Assembly (NCBI GenBank): GCA_963663805.2
Contig: CAXXMR010000003.1
Coordinates: 96,001-160,000, forward strand
DNA length: 64,000 nucleotides
Direction of reading: 5' to 3'
Origin: Sedimentisphaerales bacterium
GTDB lineage: Bacteria; Planctomycetota; Phycisphaerae; Sedimentisphaerales; SM23-30
This document shows, piece after piece, positions 10,394 through 21,670 of this stretch (position 1 is its first letter; every line of letters begins with the position of its first letter). The translations under genes were made by a program, and so were the position numbers. The notes beneath the pieces are model-generated. The model did no database searches, was not told the origin of the DNA, and saw only the letters and a list, made by a program, of their open reading frames with translations.

Positions 10394-10918
10394 ATGGATG
10401 ACAGTAAATCCAAAGATGTTCAGGAATATGTTCGGCTGGTCGCTACAAACGAACGGCGGATTTATGGGTATATCCTGGCTATGGTCCTGTCGCATCAGGA
10501 TGCCGATGATATATTGCAGGAGACTCTGATATATACGTGGAATGAGTTTGACAAGTATCGGCCAGGCACGAATTTTGGGGCTTGGGCGATGAGTGTGGCC
10601 CGCTATCGGATTCTGGATTATCTGCGGAATAAGAAGCTGGAACGGCAGGCGGTGCTGACCAATACGCTGGTGGCGGATTTTCATGACGAGGTTCGGGAGA
10701 GTACGGATGATATGGATGATTATCTGGATACTCTTCAATATTGTGTGAAGAAGCTGAACGCTGCTGACCGGACTTTGCTGACGGAGCGTTATCAGAAGAA
10801 TTACAGCGTGAAGGAGATTGCCGAGGCTGCGGGAGTTACGGTTCAGAATGTTTATCAGAAGCTGTCGCGGATACAGGTGATGCTTTATCGATGTGTTAAA
10901 CGGGCGTTGGCTGTTTGA
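10394..10918 (+). CDS. ECF RNA polymerase sigma-70 factor (planctomycete type)
   Basis: Region 2 DADDILQET / NFGAWA; region 4 HTH; followed by a FecR gene. Confidence 0.95.
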   Translation: MDDSKSKDVQEYVRLVATNERRIYGYILAMVLSHQDADDILQETLIYTWNEFDKYRPGTNFGAWAMSVARYRILDYLRNKKLERQAVLTNTLVADFHDEVRESTDDMDDYLDTLQYCVKKLNAADRTLLTERYQKNYSVKEIAEAAGVTVQNVYQKLSRIQVMLYRCVKRALAV

Positions 10919-10950
10919 GGGCAGGCATAAGACAGAAGGCAAGAGGGATG

Positions 10951-11001
10951 AGGCAAGAGTGAAGGGCTTAGTTTCGTCCTTTGGCCGAGGTTGTTTTATT
11001 T
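10951..11001 (+). repeat. Intergenic ~50-bp element, copy 1 (terminator/REP-like)
   Basis: AGGCAAGAGTGAAGGGCTTAGTTTCGTCCTTTGGCCGAGGTTGTTTTATTT, similar to 21532-21580. Confidence 0.55.
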
Positions 11002-11021
11002 AAAGAAATAAGACATAAGAT

Positions 11022-14000
11022 ATGGTTGATGATAAATATTACAGGCTGACTTATCTGGTTACACTGGCGTTGGATGGTGGACTGGATGACGCGGGGTATG
11101 GGGAGCTTAGCGAGATTCTGAAGAATGACGCTGGGGCGCGGGAGGTTTATTATGGTCTGCTGATGGTGGAGACCGGTGTTAAGCAGCTGGGGGACTGTCG
11201 GGAGAACACGGAGGCTTTTGAACAGGATTTTTTGCGGGATTATCTGAGCTATGTCCTGAAGGATAAAGACGGTTCTGATGCCCTGCTGGGCTTTAAGTAT
11301 AATTCGGTGGAATCGTTCTGTAAGGGGGATTCGGGTCAGGGTGAAGATTTTGAGGTAAAGCGGGCGAGCCGTTTTAGTAACAATATGGCTTTGGTTTATC
11401 TGGCGGCGATGTTTGCTCTGATATTTGGGGTGGTTTGGGCTTATCTGGGTTATCGCGGTAACGAAATGGGGAGTTTATCGCGTTGTCTGGGTGTCAGCTG
11501 GGCAGGTAGTCCGGCGTCAGAAGGTGATAAGCTGACGCATGAACGGATGGTTATTGAGGAGGGGGTGGCAGAGTTGTCGCTGGCGGATGGGGTTAAAGTT
11601 ATAGTGAAGGGGCCTTCGGCGTTTCAGGTTGAGGCTTCTAATCAGTTATACCTGCATTATGGTAATCTGGTGGCCCGGATAGATGAGGAGACCGAGGACG
11701 ATTATAAGTTTGTGGTGCGTACGCCGCGGGCGGTGGTGACGGATTTGGGTACGGAGTTTGGGGTATCTGTGCTGAGTTCGGGCGAGACAAAGGTACATGT
11801 TTTTCAGGGGCTGGTGGAGCTATACAACAGTTCTGAGTTGGGTCGGTTTACGCAGCGGATATTGATGGAAGCGGGGCAGGGGGTGGGGGTTGATTTGCTG
11901 GGTAATCTGGCCCGGCAGAAGGTTAGTGATGATAATTTTGTGCGGATGGGTGATTTCGATACGTTGTATCGGCTGGAGAATAATTCTGGTCGGCCTGAAG
12001 TTCAGATTACCGAGAGTGACGCTGGGGGGATAGTTGAGATAAGTGAGCGGGCGGCGAGTGGGAAGATGCCGGTTCGGCCTGCGGATGCGCGTATTGAAGC
12101 GTTCAAGATCGCGGCGATGTCCAATACTTATGATGAGCGGGGTCAGGGTGAGATCGCTCTGGAAGACCAGGTTAAATGGGTTTTGGATAATATTGACCGG
12201 GAGAACATTTCGTTTGTCTGTCATCTGGGCGATATAGTTTGCATGAAGACGGCGACTTCTCAGCAGTGGCGAGAAGTGTCACGGGTCATGGAGAGTTTTC
12301 ATTCTACTTTGGGGGTGAGCGGCAAGGCTTATCTGCCGTATTCGGTGGGGCTGGGTGATCGTGATTTGGATGTGCGTGATAATAAGTATGGGGGTTTTTA
12401 TGGTTATTATCAGTATTTTGGGCCGGGCCGGTATAAGGATTTTGAATGGTTCGGCGGGGCGGACCGCAAGGGCGGCTGTAATTATCAGTTGTTTACGGCG
12501 GGGGGGGCGGATGTGGCTTCATCTGAACATGGAAGTTTACGCCGATGATGAGTCGCTGAAATGGGCTCAGGATGTTATCGATTGTTATGCGGGTATGCCG
12601 GTGATTTATTCGACGCACAGCTATTTGCAGCAGGGGCAGGAAGGCTGTAAGCTGGGTGAGGCGATGTTTAATGGGGACGGGCTAAATGGAGGCAAGGCTC
12701 AGTGGTATAAGTTTGTGGGGAACAATGACCAGATAGTAATGGTTTTGTGCAGTTCGGGTGATGCGGAGCGGAAGTCCGAGGCTTATGTTTCGGTGAATAT
12801 TTACGGTCGGCCTGTGTTGCAGATAAATGTGCGTTATCCGATATTTTCGGCGATAGGCAAGGGTGGTTTTTCGAATATCGAAGTTGATGAGCCGTCGGGT
12901 AAGGTGGATGTCGCTGATTATTTTTATAATGGTGAGAAATATGTGATTAAAGATAAGCTGGCGGTTGATTTTGACTGGTCGGCTCGGCTTTGTAATTTTG
13001 GTGAGCGGCAGTGTATAGGTCATGTCGAGCTGGCAAATCTTGAGGTTGATGAGAATCAGTCGCAAGAAACTGAGGGTCGTTATGGGGTACGTATTGGCGT
13101 GGGTCAGGGCAGCGAAAATTTCCGGCTGCACGAAACCATCGACCGGATGTCGGAGTCGAATTATGGTGATTACGCGATTCAGATAGGTGATTTCGCGTGG
13201 GATGATTCGCTGGGCGGGGTGACGATTGCCTGTTCGGCAGAGAATGGTCGTGATAACGGCAGGGGTGGTAAGAATTATCATACGGTTTCGGCAAGTCCGA
13301 CGAAGATGGGCAGCCAGCTGGTTTCGGTGCATAAAACGTCCGGTAAGGCTTATATGGGTGGTGAGGAAGGTGATGTTGATTGTGGTGTGGCTTATTTTCC
13401 TTTTAGCGGTGGTTGGCTGGGCGGTCATCTTCAGAATCTGGATAATAATCTGAAGATGTGTTCTCTGACGGCCAATGAAAAATATTGTGATGGATAAGCA
13501 TCTGAGGTGGCTGGGTGGTGAGGATAGTGTGGTAAAGCCCATGTCGGGCGGCAATATGCGTGGTGAGGGGATATGGGAACTGGCTCTGCCGGGCGTTGAC
13601 AGTTTGAGTGACGGGGTTTTGATGGTTTGCGGCGGGAAGAACGAGGATAATTACGCCTCTACTGGTATCAAGCATGATGGTTCGGGCTGGCTGGTTGCGG
13701 TTCGTGATAATGGTTTTGATGGGAGCGGTACGGAGCAGGATCCGTTCAATTTTGTTTATATACCTTATGGCACCGAAGGCGTTACGGCGGGTGTGATAAC
13801 CGGCTGCGGGGGGATACTAAACGGTACGGGTGATTTTTCGGTTCGTCAGACAGTTGGTGGTGAGTATCGTCTGGAAATTGACGAGGGCAGGCCTGGCGCG
13901 GGGGTACTTTTGGTAAATGGCAGCATTGATGGTTACGCGATGGATAATATTGTGACGTATGAAGGTGAGGGTGATGGCTGGCTGGTTCAGTCTCGTGATT

Positions 14001-15025
14001 TGCCGAACGCGGTTTTGCAGGGGATGAACTCGGTGTGTTTTACGTTTGCATATATTCGTTTTGATGGCATCCCGAGCGGTCCGGGGCGGTCCAGGGCGAG
14101 GCAGCGTGAAAAGGTTGCCTGCGGTGATTTTGAGGTATTCTGGGATGCGGGGCGGAATATGGTTAATGTTGGGGTGCGTGGTTCGAGCAATTACATGAGT
14201 GTTTGTGAATTTGATTATGGGGATTATGGTATTTATGTGAACGGTTTCAAGCCGGATTTCATGTCGGGGGTTTTGCTGGCAAGTGCTCGTGAAGATTTTC
14301 GTCAGGATGAGGACGGGGTTTATCTGGCGACGGTTAGTACTGGTTATACAAACTGGGTTCACGCTCATCGGTCGGCGGAGGCGGAGGAGAACGCGGAATT
14401 CAATGTTAATTTCAGTGCGGCGTGGTTTCCTTACGCGGGTGATTTTACGGCGGGGCATATTGATGGTGACGGTGAGGTTGCCTGCTCTAATGGGGCGATA
14501 CCGTTTGTGATTTCGCATTATGAGAAGTCGCCGGGCCGGTATCTGTTGGCGTTAAACGGGTTGAGTACGTCTGAGGGTTTGTTGTTTGTGATAAGCGAGG
14601 GTAATACTGATAATGTGGCGAGCGCGTCTCCTCAGAATGATTTTAGCTGGGAAGTAGCGGTTCGTGATAATTCGCCGGCTCTGGCGTGGCAGAGTGAGGC
14701 GGGGATGTTTGGGTATTTGTATTTGCCGTACAGCGTGAGTGATTACAGGATTGCCCGAATAAGCGGAGCGGGTAAGATATTAGATTCAAATGGGGGGATT
14801 TCGTCGAGCAGGACGGCGACGGGAGTTTATAAGATTCGGGTGGAAAACGGCAGCAGCGAGGAGGGGGTTCTGCTGGTTAATTCTTACGGTCTGGGGGCCG
14901 ATGGGCCGGTGAATGCTCTGGTGAGCTATCAGGTCGCAGGGCGGGATTTTGTGGTTAAGTGTTTTGATTCTAGTACCAAGCAGGCTATGGATACTGATTT
15001 GGCGGTGGGTTATGTGGCTTATTGA
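11022..15025 (+). pseudogene. FecR-domain anti-sigma fused to a calcineurin-like phosphoesterase domain and repeated beta-rich domains, split by two +1 frameshifts
   Basis: TM helix; FecR VVTDLGTEFGV; HLGDIV; ORFs 11022-12548, 12355-13497 and 13475-15025 join if one G is removed from G8 at 12500-12507 and one A from A5 near 13480. Confidence 0.8.
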
Positions 15026-15173
15026 ATAGGCGGGGGGAATCAGATTTTTTCTTTAATTTTCGGGGGATCTCGCTCTTTTATTATGGCCGTGTCGCAATTC
15101 GTTTTGTTTCGGGTTGCGTTAGTGTTCTGTTAGTATAAATCATGTTTTTTAGTATGTTTTTGAGGAGTTCAAG

Positions 15174-16010
15174 ATGGATAAGATGAAACGTCGGGCATTT
15201 ACTCTGGTTGAGCTTTTGGTTGTGGTGGCGATTATAGCGTTGCTGGTTTCGATATTGCTGCCGGCTTTGGGTAAGGCACGTGAATCGGCGAAGCAGTCGA
15301 TGTGTTTGTCGAATCAGCGGACGCTGGGTCAGGCGTGGTTTGGTTACGCGATGGATAATCGTAATATCGTTTTTGGAGGTACTACCCGTGTGGTTCAGGT
15401 TGGTGAGCGGGAGTTGGCCTGGCAGTTTTCGGTGTATCATCCAGAGGAAAGCTGGGTGGCGACTCCTCAGTATGACGGTACGAACGGTTATCCGCAAGAC
15501 TGGTCGGAAGAGTTGTGGAATTTGTGCATTGAAATAGGGACGCTTTATCCTTATGTGGAGACGGTGAAGGTTTATCGCTGCCCGACAAAGAACAAGACTG
15601 TTAAGGGTGCTTATATTGACGAGACGCGGAGTTATTCGATATCGAGCTCTCTGTACGGCACGCCTTACATCGGGGGCGGTCAGGAAGCCCTGGAGCGTGA
15701 GAAGCGTACGGTCAAGAGTCTGGGTGCGATAAAGATGCCTGCGGCTCGTATGGCTTTGATATGTCAGGGTGTGGTGACTCAGGAGAACTGGGGTGCGGAG
15801 TCTTGGAATCCGATGTTTTTGGGTGGTTGGCAGGATGTTCCACCGGTTAATCACGGCAATGGCACGACGATGAGTTTCGCGGACGGTCACGCGGAGTTTC
15901 ATCGCTGGGAAACGGAATATAGTTCCAATTTCAATTACTATTCGGGGATTTCGCTGGATGACCCGGATTTAGTTTGGGCGAAGCGGGCGGTATGGGGTGA
16001 TTTGCCGTAA
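15174..16010 (+). CDS. DUF1559-type protein (prepilin-type N-terminus, H-X9-DG C-terminus)
   Basis: [39 protein letters not shown]. Confidence 0.95.
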   Translation: MDKMKRRAFTLVELLVVVAIIALLVSILLPALGKARESAKQSMCLSNQRTLGQAWFGYAMDNRNIVFGGTTRVVQVGERELAWQFSVYHPEESWVATPQYDGTNGYPQDWSEELWNLCIEIGTLYPYVETVKVYRCPTKNKTVKGAYIDETRSYSISSSLYGTPYIGGGQEALEREKRTVKSLGAIKMPAARMALICQGVVTQENWGAESWNPMFLGGWQDVPPVNHGNGTTMSFADGHAEFHRWETEYSSNFNYYSGISLDDPDLVWAKRAVWGDLP

Positions 16011-16078
16011 AAATTGTATGAGCTGATTTTATTGGTATGGGAGTTAATGAGTTTTTTTTGTTGAGGAAGGACAGAATT

Positions 16079-19000
16079 ATGAAAGTTTTATCTGTAGTGT
16101 TGTGTTTGCTGACGGCGGGGATGGTTTTTGGTCAGAATGTTAATGATGTTTACTGGGTGGCTGACCCGAACGGCAGCTGGACGGAAGCATCCAACTGGTA
16201 TGAGGATACCGGTGACGGTGCCGCCTGGGGTGTGCCGGGCAGTACTTCTGGTTGTGGTGCCTATGCGGTGATAAGCAATGGCGGGACAGCCAATATCGGC
16301 AGTGGTTATGCTCCGGCTTATGAGGTTGAGCGGATATATGTGGGGGGGGCGGTGGTTTCATCTCTGGAGGTGAAGGCTGGCGTTTCGGTGTATAATTTGT
16401 TTACGACGGCGGGTACTGGTTATCAGGGTTATCTGGCGGTTACAGCTGGTACGCTGGATGTGACGGGTACGTCGTATCTGGGGCAGGGGGTCAACAGTAA
16501 TACGGTTGTTGATATTTTTGGCGGGAAGCTGGAGTTTAGCGGTCATTGTTATATGCCGGGCAGTGATTATTCGGGTTCGGTTGTAGTGATGAATGTTGAA
16601 GGTGGCGATTTGGAATTTGTCGCTAACGGTTATGTTGGCAATAAAGCTGGCAGTGACGCGACGATCAATTTGAATTCGGGTACGTTTTATCATGGCGGGT
16701 CAAATTTTTGTATAGGTAATTATGGGGCCGGGACGTTGAATGTTTACGGCGGAAGCTTAACGACTAATTCTACGGATCGCTGGCGTATTGGTTGGGCTAG
16801 TGGTGCTGAGGGCACGATAAATATTTATGGGGGCAGTTTCGTATTGAGCAAGCCGGTGGCTTTGCATCGGGGTACTTTCCGGGTTATTGGTTCGGATATT
16901 TCGCAACTGGAGATGCCGCAGTTTTTGTGTGTTGACGGTGCGGGCGAGACTTTAGAGTTTGTGATTGACGAAGGCGGAATTACTCAGATTACGATTATGG
17001 GTTCTGATACTACGGCGAATATCGCGGATTTGGATGACTGTACTTTGTCGATTGATGTTGAGGAAGGTGTCAGTATTGTTGAGGGGGCGATTTATACTCT
17101 GCTGACGGCGGTAAATCCTATTACAATTGATGGTGCTATGGTGACTCAGAATTTGAGTGATTATAATTTCTCATATTTTGTGGAGCAGGACAGTGTTAGT
17201 GGTCTTTATTGTCTGCGGATTCGCTCGGCGGGCAGTTATCACTGGGATTCGGCGGACGGCTACTGGGATGTTGACGGCAACTGGCTGGAAGGTTCGGTGC
17301 CGACGGTTTATGACAGTGCGATCGCGGCGAGCGGGATAATCAATATTCCCAATGCGGCGATAGGGATTGATTCTGTTACTCTTGATAGCTGTACGCTGAA
17401 CGTTGAGCAGGGCAGTTTGACGACGAATTCGAGCTTGAATGTTGGTACTGTTGATGGTTCCAATGTGACGATCAATCAGACGACTGGGGTATTTACGGTG
17501 GGTAATGAATTTAATCTGGGTCACAACGACACCGAGGCGACGGGCAATGTCCAGAATTTTAATCTGTCGGGCGGGACATTTAGTGCGTCGGGTGTGACTT
17601 ATGTGGGCGGTCGGGGCCATTATGGTTATTACACGCAGAGCGGCGGTGACGTGACTCTGGGCAGCAGTTTTCGCTGTGGTTATGACGGCGGATATGGTGT
17701 GATCGAGATTAGCGGCGGTTCGCTTTATGTGACGGATTATATGACGGTTCGGGAAGGTGAATTTCGGATTATGGGTTCGGATATTACGAGTATCGAGCTG
17801 AATCGTCTGGACCTGGACAGTGAGCCGGATGATACGATTACTTTTGGGCTGGATGCGGATGGTGTTACTGAGATTAATGTGTATAACACCTATGCGAAGT
17901 TTAATGGTGCGACTATCAGAGTTGAGGCGTTGCCGGGCTATGATGGTGTGCCGGGTGATTATTATGATGTATTGCGGATAGAGAATACCAAGTCTCTGGT
18001 ATTGTCGAATACGGATGTGGTATCGACGACGGGTCAGTCTTTTGGGGCGGAAGTTTATGATGACGGTACTTATTATCATTTGCGTTTGCTTGTTGGTGGT
18101 GCCAAGGCATCTGCTCCGAGTCCCGCGGATGGTTATTTGCAGCCGGCGGTTGATTATGAGATGCTGGCATGGAGCAATCCTGGATCGGGTGAGGTTACCG
18201 GCACGGTTACTTGTGATGTATTTCTGACGGTTGGTTCCGATCCTGATTTTCTTAGTGCGGTTCAGTTGGTTGATAAACTGTCTGTGGATACGTTTGATTT
18301 GTCGACGATGACTCCTCCGCTTGACCCTAACACTACTTATCTGTGGCGAGTTGATGTTTATGATTCTACCAGCGGTGGTGAGACTCATGTGATTGGTGAT
18401 GTATGGACATTCAAGACCACTCTGGCGGCTGTGGAAGCGTTGAAGTGGGATTTTGAGAGTCAGAGCTCTTCGGCGGCTGGTTATCAGCAGGCGGTTGGTT
18501 ATGATTCGATTCAGGCGACGGCCAGCTCGAGTTATAATGTTGATGTTCCCGCGGCTACGATTAATGGTTTTGGTCTGGAGGGGCTCAAACATGGTACTTC
18601 GGCGGGTAATTACGGCTATGGTATGTGGATGACCGATGGTGATTTTGAGATTGTATCCGCGCCAGGCAGTAATGTGACGGGCAGTGCGTGGATCAAATAT
18701 GATTTTGACCAGGCGTATAATTTGGGCCAGATGTTTGTCTGGAACCATAACCAGAGCGATGTTTATGGTGTGGAAGAGACCCAGAAGGGTATCAAGAATG
18801 CCACTATCGAATATTCGACGGATGGCACGACTTACAGTACTTTGATGAGTACGGTATTTAGTGACGCGACGCACGCGGCGGAGTATGACAGCTATGACAC
18901 GATTGATTTTGGCGGTTTGAGCGTTAAGTCAGTGATTATTACGGCTGCTTCCACCGGCGGCAGTTACGGCTCTAATTATCGTGGTCTGAGCGAGGTTCGC

Positions 19001-20416
19001 TTCGGCTTGAATGGTACGAGCGATACCGTAATTACTGTGCCGGACGCTTCGGGCAATACCGCGCGGGACGGCAGTGGTTACAGTAATGGCCTGCCGGATA
19101 TTGTTGGTTCGGAGGTTCTGGGTTCGAGCTACTGTGCGGAGTTTGTTGATTCCTGTGATTATATTTACTCCCATGTCGATGACGGCGGATTCCCCTATCA
19201 GGGTTCTGCCCAGTGGTCGATGAGTGTTTATGTTTATCTGGACCGTATGCCTGATGAAGGTACGGTTATTGCGGGCTTTGGTAACGTGACCAGCTATGCG
19301 GGCGGTTCACGCCGGCATTTATATGTTGGTGCGGACGGAATGATTAGCTTTATGCTGGACTATAATACGAAGGTTCAGAGTACCAGAGCTTTTGATTTGG
19401 GTAAATGGCAGTTGATTACGGTGACCTATGAAGGCAATTATGTGCGGCTGTACAAGAATAATCAGTGGCTGAAGACTTCTTCGGTGAGTTTGTCTGACGC
19501 AGTGGCCAAGGCTGTTGTCGCACCGCGGACCGGGTTGCGTGTCGGTGAAAATGGTGTATATAACAGTCGTGGCAAGATTGATGATTTTACGGTCTATAGT
19601 GGTGTGTTGTCTCGTGTCGAGATGCAGGCATTGACTGACCGTCTGCCGGTTGAATCTGACTTTGATGTTGACGGCGATGTTGACATTACTGATTTGGGTG
19701 CTATGGCTGGTGACTGGCTGGCTGGTGAAGGTGCTATGGGCAGCTACAGTAATCCCGGTCTGACCGGCTGGGTGGAAAGTTGTGAGAATCTTACCGGATT
19801 CCAGAGTAACTGGACTGCGTACCTGAATAACTGGGCCGGTAAGGATATTGTCGCTGGTGCCGGCGTAGAAGGCAGTGGTGCTTTGGAGCTTTCGCTGACA
19901 TCCGGTTATATCAAACGCAGCTTTGGTTGGGCATCTGATTTGTTCGAGGTTTCGTTCTCCTATAAGAGCGAATCTGATACGCTGGACAGTTATGATTATG
20001 TGTCGATAACCGACGCGAATGATAAAGTTCTGGCGATAATCGGGTTGTTCAGCAGTGAAGGCGTTACCGCGGTGCGGATGATTGCTGCCGGTGCGGTGGT
20101 TAAATCATTCGATACCGCTACGGATTATATCGAAGTTAGTTTGCGGCTTGATGCCGGTGATGGTCGGATGGCATTGTATGTTGACGGCGTGGTTGTGGAA
20201 TATGATGTGGCGTTGTATGACAACTCGGCAGGCGATGCCGCTAATATCGAAATTGAGCATTTCGGCACGAATCCGAAGAGCTACTTCGATGAAATCAGTG
20301 TCGGGGCCGCTACGGGCAGCATTGATTATCCGGCGGTAGATTTGAGCGGTGATGGACATGTTGATTTGAGTGATTATGCTCTGTTTGCTCAGGACTGGAT
20401 TGCCGGTCTGGAATAG
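16079..20416 (+). CDS. Large secreted protein: passenger-like beta-helix repeats, discoidin-like domain, LamG domain, dockerin-like motifs
   Basis: Signal peptide from ATG 16079; GG/SGG-rich repeats; AWIKYDF..VWNHN...GLSEVRF; GKIDDFTVY; DFDVDGDVDITDL and DLSGDGHVDLSDY. Confidence 0.85.
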   Translation: MKVLSVVLCLLTAGMVFGQNVNDVYWVADPNGSWTEASNWYEDTGDGAAWGVPGSTSGCGAYAVISNGGTANIGSGYAPAYEVERIYVGGAVVSSLEVKAGVSVYNLFTTAGTGYQGYLAVTAGTLDVTGTSYLGQGVNSNTVVDIFGGKLEFSGHCYMPGSDYSGSVVVMNVEGGDLEFVANGYVGNKAGSDATINLNSGTFYHGGSNFCIGNYGAGTLNVYGGSLTTNSTDRWRIGWASGAEGTINIYGGSFVLSKPVALHRGTFRVIGSDISQLEMPQFLCVDGAGETLEFVIDEGGITQITIMGSDTTANIADLDDCTLSIDVEEGVSIVEGAIYTLLTAVNPITIDGAMVTQNLSDYNFSYFVEQDSVSGLYCLRIRSAGSYHWDSADGYWDVDGNWLEGSVPTVYDSAIAASGIINIPNAAIGIDSVTLDSCTLNVEQGSLTTNSSLNVGTVDGSNVTINQTTGVFTVGNEFNLGHNDTEATGNVQNFNLSGGTFSASGVTYVGGRGHYGYYTQSGGDVTLGSSFRCGYDGGYGVIEISGGSLYVTDYMTVREGEFRIMGSDITSIELNRLDLDSEPDDTITFGLDADGVTEINVYNTYAKFNGATIRVEALPGYDGVPGDYYDVLRIENTKSLVLSNTDVVSTTGQSFGAEVYDDGTYYHLRLLVGGAKASAPSPADGYLQPAVDYEMLAWSNPGSGEVTGTVTCDVFLTVGSDPDFLSAVQLVDKLSVDTFDLSTMTPPLDPNTTYLWRVDVYDSTSGGETHVIGDVWTFKTTLAAVEALKWDFESQSSSAAGYQQAVGYDSIQATASSSYNVDVPAATINGFGLEGLKHGTSAGNYGYGMWMTDGDFEIVSAPGSNVTGSAWIKYDFDQAYNLGQMFVWNHNQSDVYGVEETQKGIKNATIEYSTDGTTYSTLMSTVFSDATHAAEYDSYDTIDFGGLSVKSVIITAASTGGSYGSNYRGLSEVRFGLNGTSDTVITVPDASGNTARDGSGYSNGLPDIVGSEVLGSSYCAEFVDSCDYIYSHVDDGGFPYQGSAQWSMSVYVYLDRMPDEGTVIAGFGNVTSYAGGSRRHLYVGADGMISFMLDYNTKVQSTRAFDLGKWQLITVTYEGNYVRLYKNNQWLKTSSVSLSDAVAKAVVAPRTGLRVGENGVYNSRGKIDDFTVYSGVLSRVEMQALTDRLPVESDFDVDGDVDITDLGAMAGDWLAGEGAMGSYSNPGLTGWVESCENLTGFQSNWTAYLNNWAGKDIVAGAGVEGSGALELSLTSGYIKRSFGWASDLFEVSFSYKSESDTLDSYDYVSITDANDKVLAIIGLFSSEGVTAVRMIAAGAVVKSFDTATDYIEVSLRLDAGDGRMALYVDGVVVEYDVALYDNSAGDAANIEIEHFGTNPKSYFDEISVGAATGSIDYPAVDLSGDGHVDLSDYALFAQDWIAGLE

Positions 20417-20491
20417 TAAGAGCGGTTAGTGGACTGAAATGGTCGACCGGCGTGAATAGCGTCGGTCGACTGTTTTCCGAGAAAGGTATTT

Positions 20492-21412
20492 ATGTTTAGG
20501 CGTATTGTTTTAATGGTATGTGCGGTTTTACTGACGGCGGGTGGGGTTTTTGCCGCTGATGATAAGTTGGCGGGTTTGATAAAGAGTTTTGAGAACGCGT
20601 CGGATGGTAAAGTTCTGGTGGCGGCGCATCGCGGGGACCATAAGCGGCATCCGGAGAATTCGATTCCGGGTCTGGTGTCGGCGGCAGCGTTGGGAGCGGA
20701 CATTGTTGAGCTGGACGTTCGGAAATGTGGTGATGGTCGGTTGGTGCTTATGCATGATCCGAAGATTGACCGGACGACGACGGGTAAAGGCAAGGTGTCG
20801 GAACTGACGTTTGAGGAGATTCGGCGTCATTATCTGAAATACAGCGACGGGCGAGTGTCGTCGGAAAAAGTTCCGTCTCTGGAAGAAGCTCTGGAGGCTT
20901 TGCGGGGCAAGTGTCTGATAAATCTGGACCGTTCGGAGTTTTGTCTGGAAGAATGTCTAGCGCTGGTTCGCGAAAATGGTATGGAAAGGCAGATTATTGT
21001 CAAGGGTTCGAAGGATCTGGATTGGGCCAAAGAGGTTCTGGATAAAAGCGGGACGCGGGCTTATTATGGGCCGATTGTGTTTTGTAAGGATACCGCAGAT
21101 AATGAACGCAGTTTTCAGGAATATGTCAAAGGTGTCGAGCTTTTGAGGCCGGAAATGGTTGAGATTGTTATTTATCAGGAGGACAGTTCTTTGATTTCGG
21201 CTGGGGCGCGGGCGCTGGCGGATAAATATGATGTGCGTATCTGGTGCAATAGTTTGTTTGATGACCACGGCGCGGGGCATGTGGACAGCAAGGCACTGGT
21301 TGACCCGGACGGCAATTGGGGTTGGCTGGTTGAGCAGGGAGTTGATATTATCCAGACGGACGAAATTGAAGCTCTGCTGGCATATTTACGGTCGCGGAAT
21401 TTGCATGATTAG
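20492..21412 (+). CDS. Secreted glycerophosphodiester phosphodiesterase (GDPD)
   Basis: Signal peptide; AHRG, PENS, ELDV, MHD..DRTT, IIQTD. Confidence 0.95.
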   Translation: MFRRIVLMVCAVLLTAGGVFAADDKLAGLIKSFENASDGKVLVAAHRGDHKRHPENSIPGLVSAAALGADIVELDVRKCGDGRLVLMHDPKIDRTTTGKGKVSELTFEEIRRHYLKYSDGRVSSEKVPSLEEALEALRGKCLINLDRSEFCLEECLALVRENGMERQIIVKGSKDLDWAKEVLDKSGTRAYYGPIVFCKDTADNERSFQEYVKGVELLRPEMVEIVIYQEDSSLISAGARALADKYDVRIWCNSLFDDHGAGHVDSKALVDPDGNWGWLVEQGVDIIQTDEIEALLAYLRSRNLHD

Positions 21413-21531
21413 TGATGGCAGGCAGAAGGCAAAAGGGCACGTTGCCCAAATGGTTGATAATGGTATATACTACGAAAACCAGCCCCTTGCTACGCAAGAA
21501 GCTGCCACCCTCGAAGAAGGCATAAGGCTTT

Positions 21532-21580
21532 AGGCAAGAGGGTAACGGCGAGGTTTCGCCTTTGGCGAAGTTTTTTATTT
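21532..21580 (+). repeat. Intergenic ~50-bp element, copy 2, with TTCGCC/GGCGAA hairpin and T-tract (terminator-like)
   Basis: AGGCAAGAGGGTAACGGCGAGGTTTCGCCTTTGGCGAAGTTTTTTATTT. Confidence 0.55.
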
Positions 21581-21670
21581 TTCCGGCGCCGGCGTTTTGG
21601 GCTTTTGTTGGTGATTAGTTTTAGTTTTGTTGAAAAGTGCCCTGTAAAGAGCCTGGTTAGTGAGTAGTAT

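Noticed and set aside
17171..18874. Long minus-strand ORFs within 10-27 kb
   Set aside because: Shadow frames caused by strand-biased codon usage in the well-supported + strand genes.
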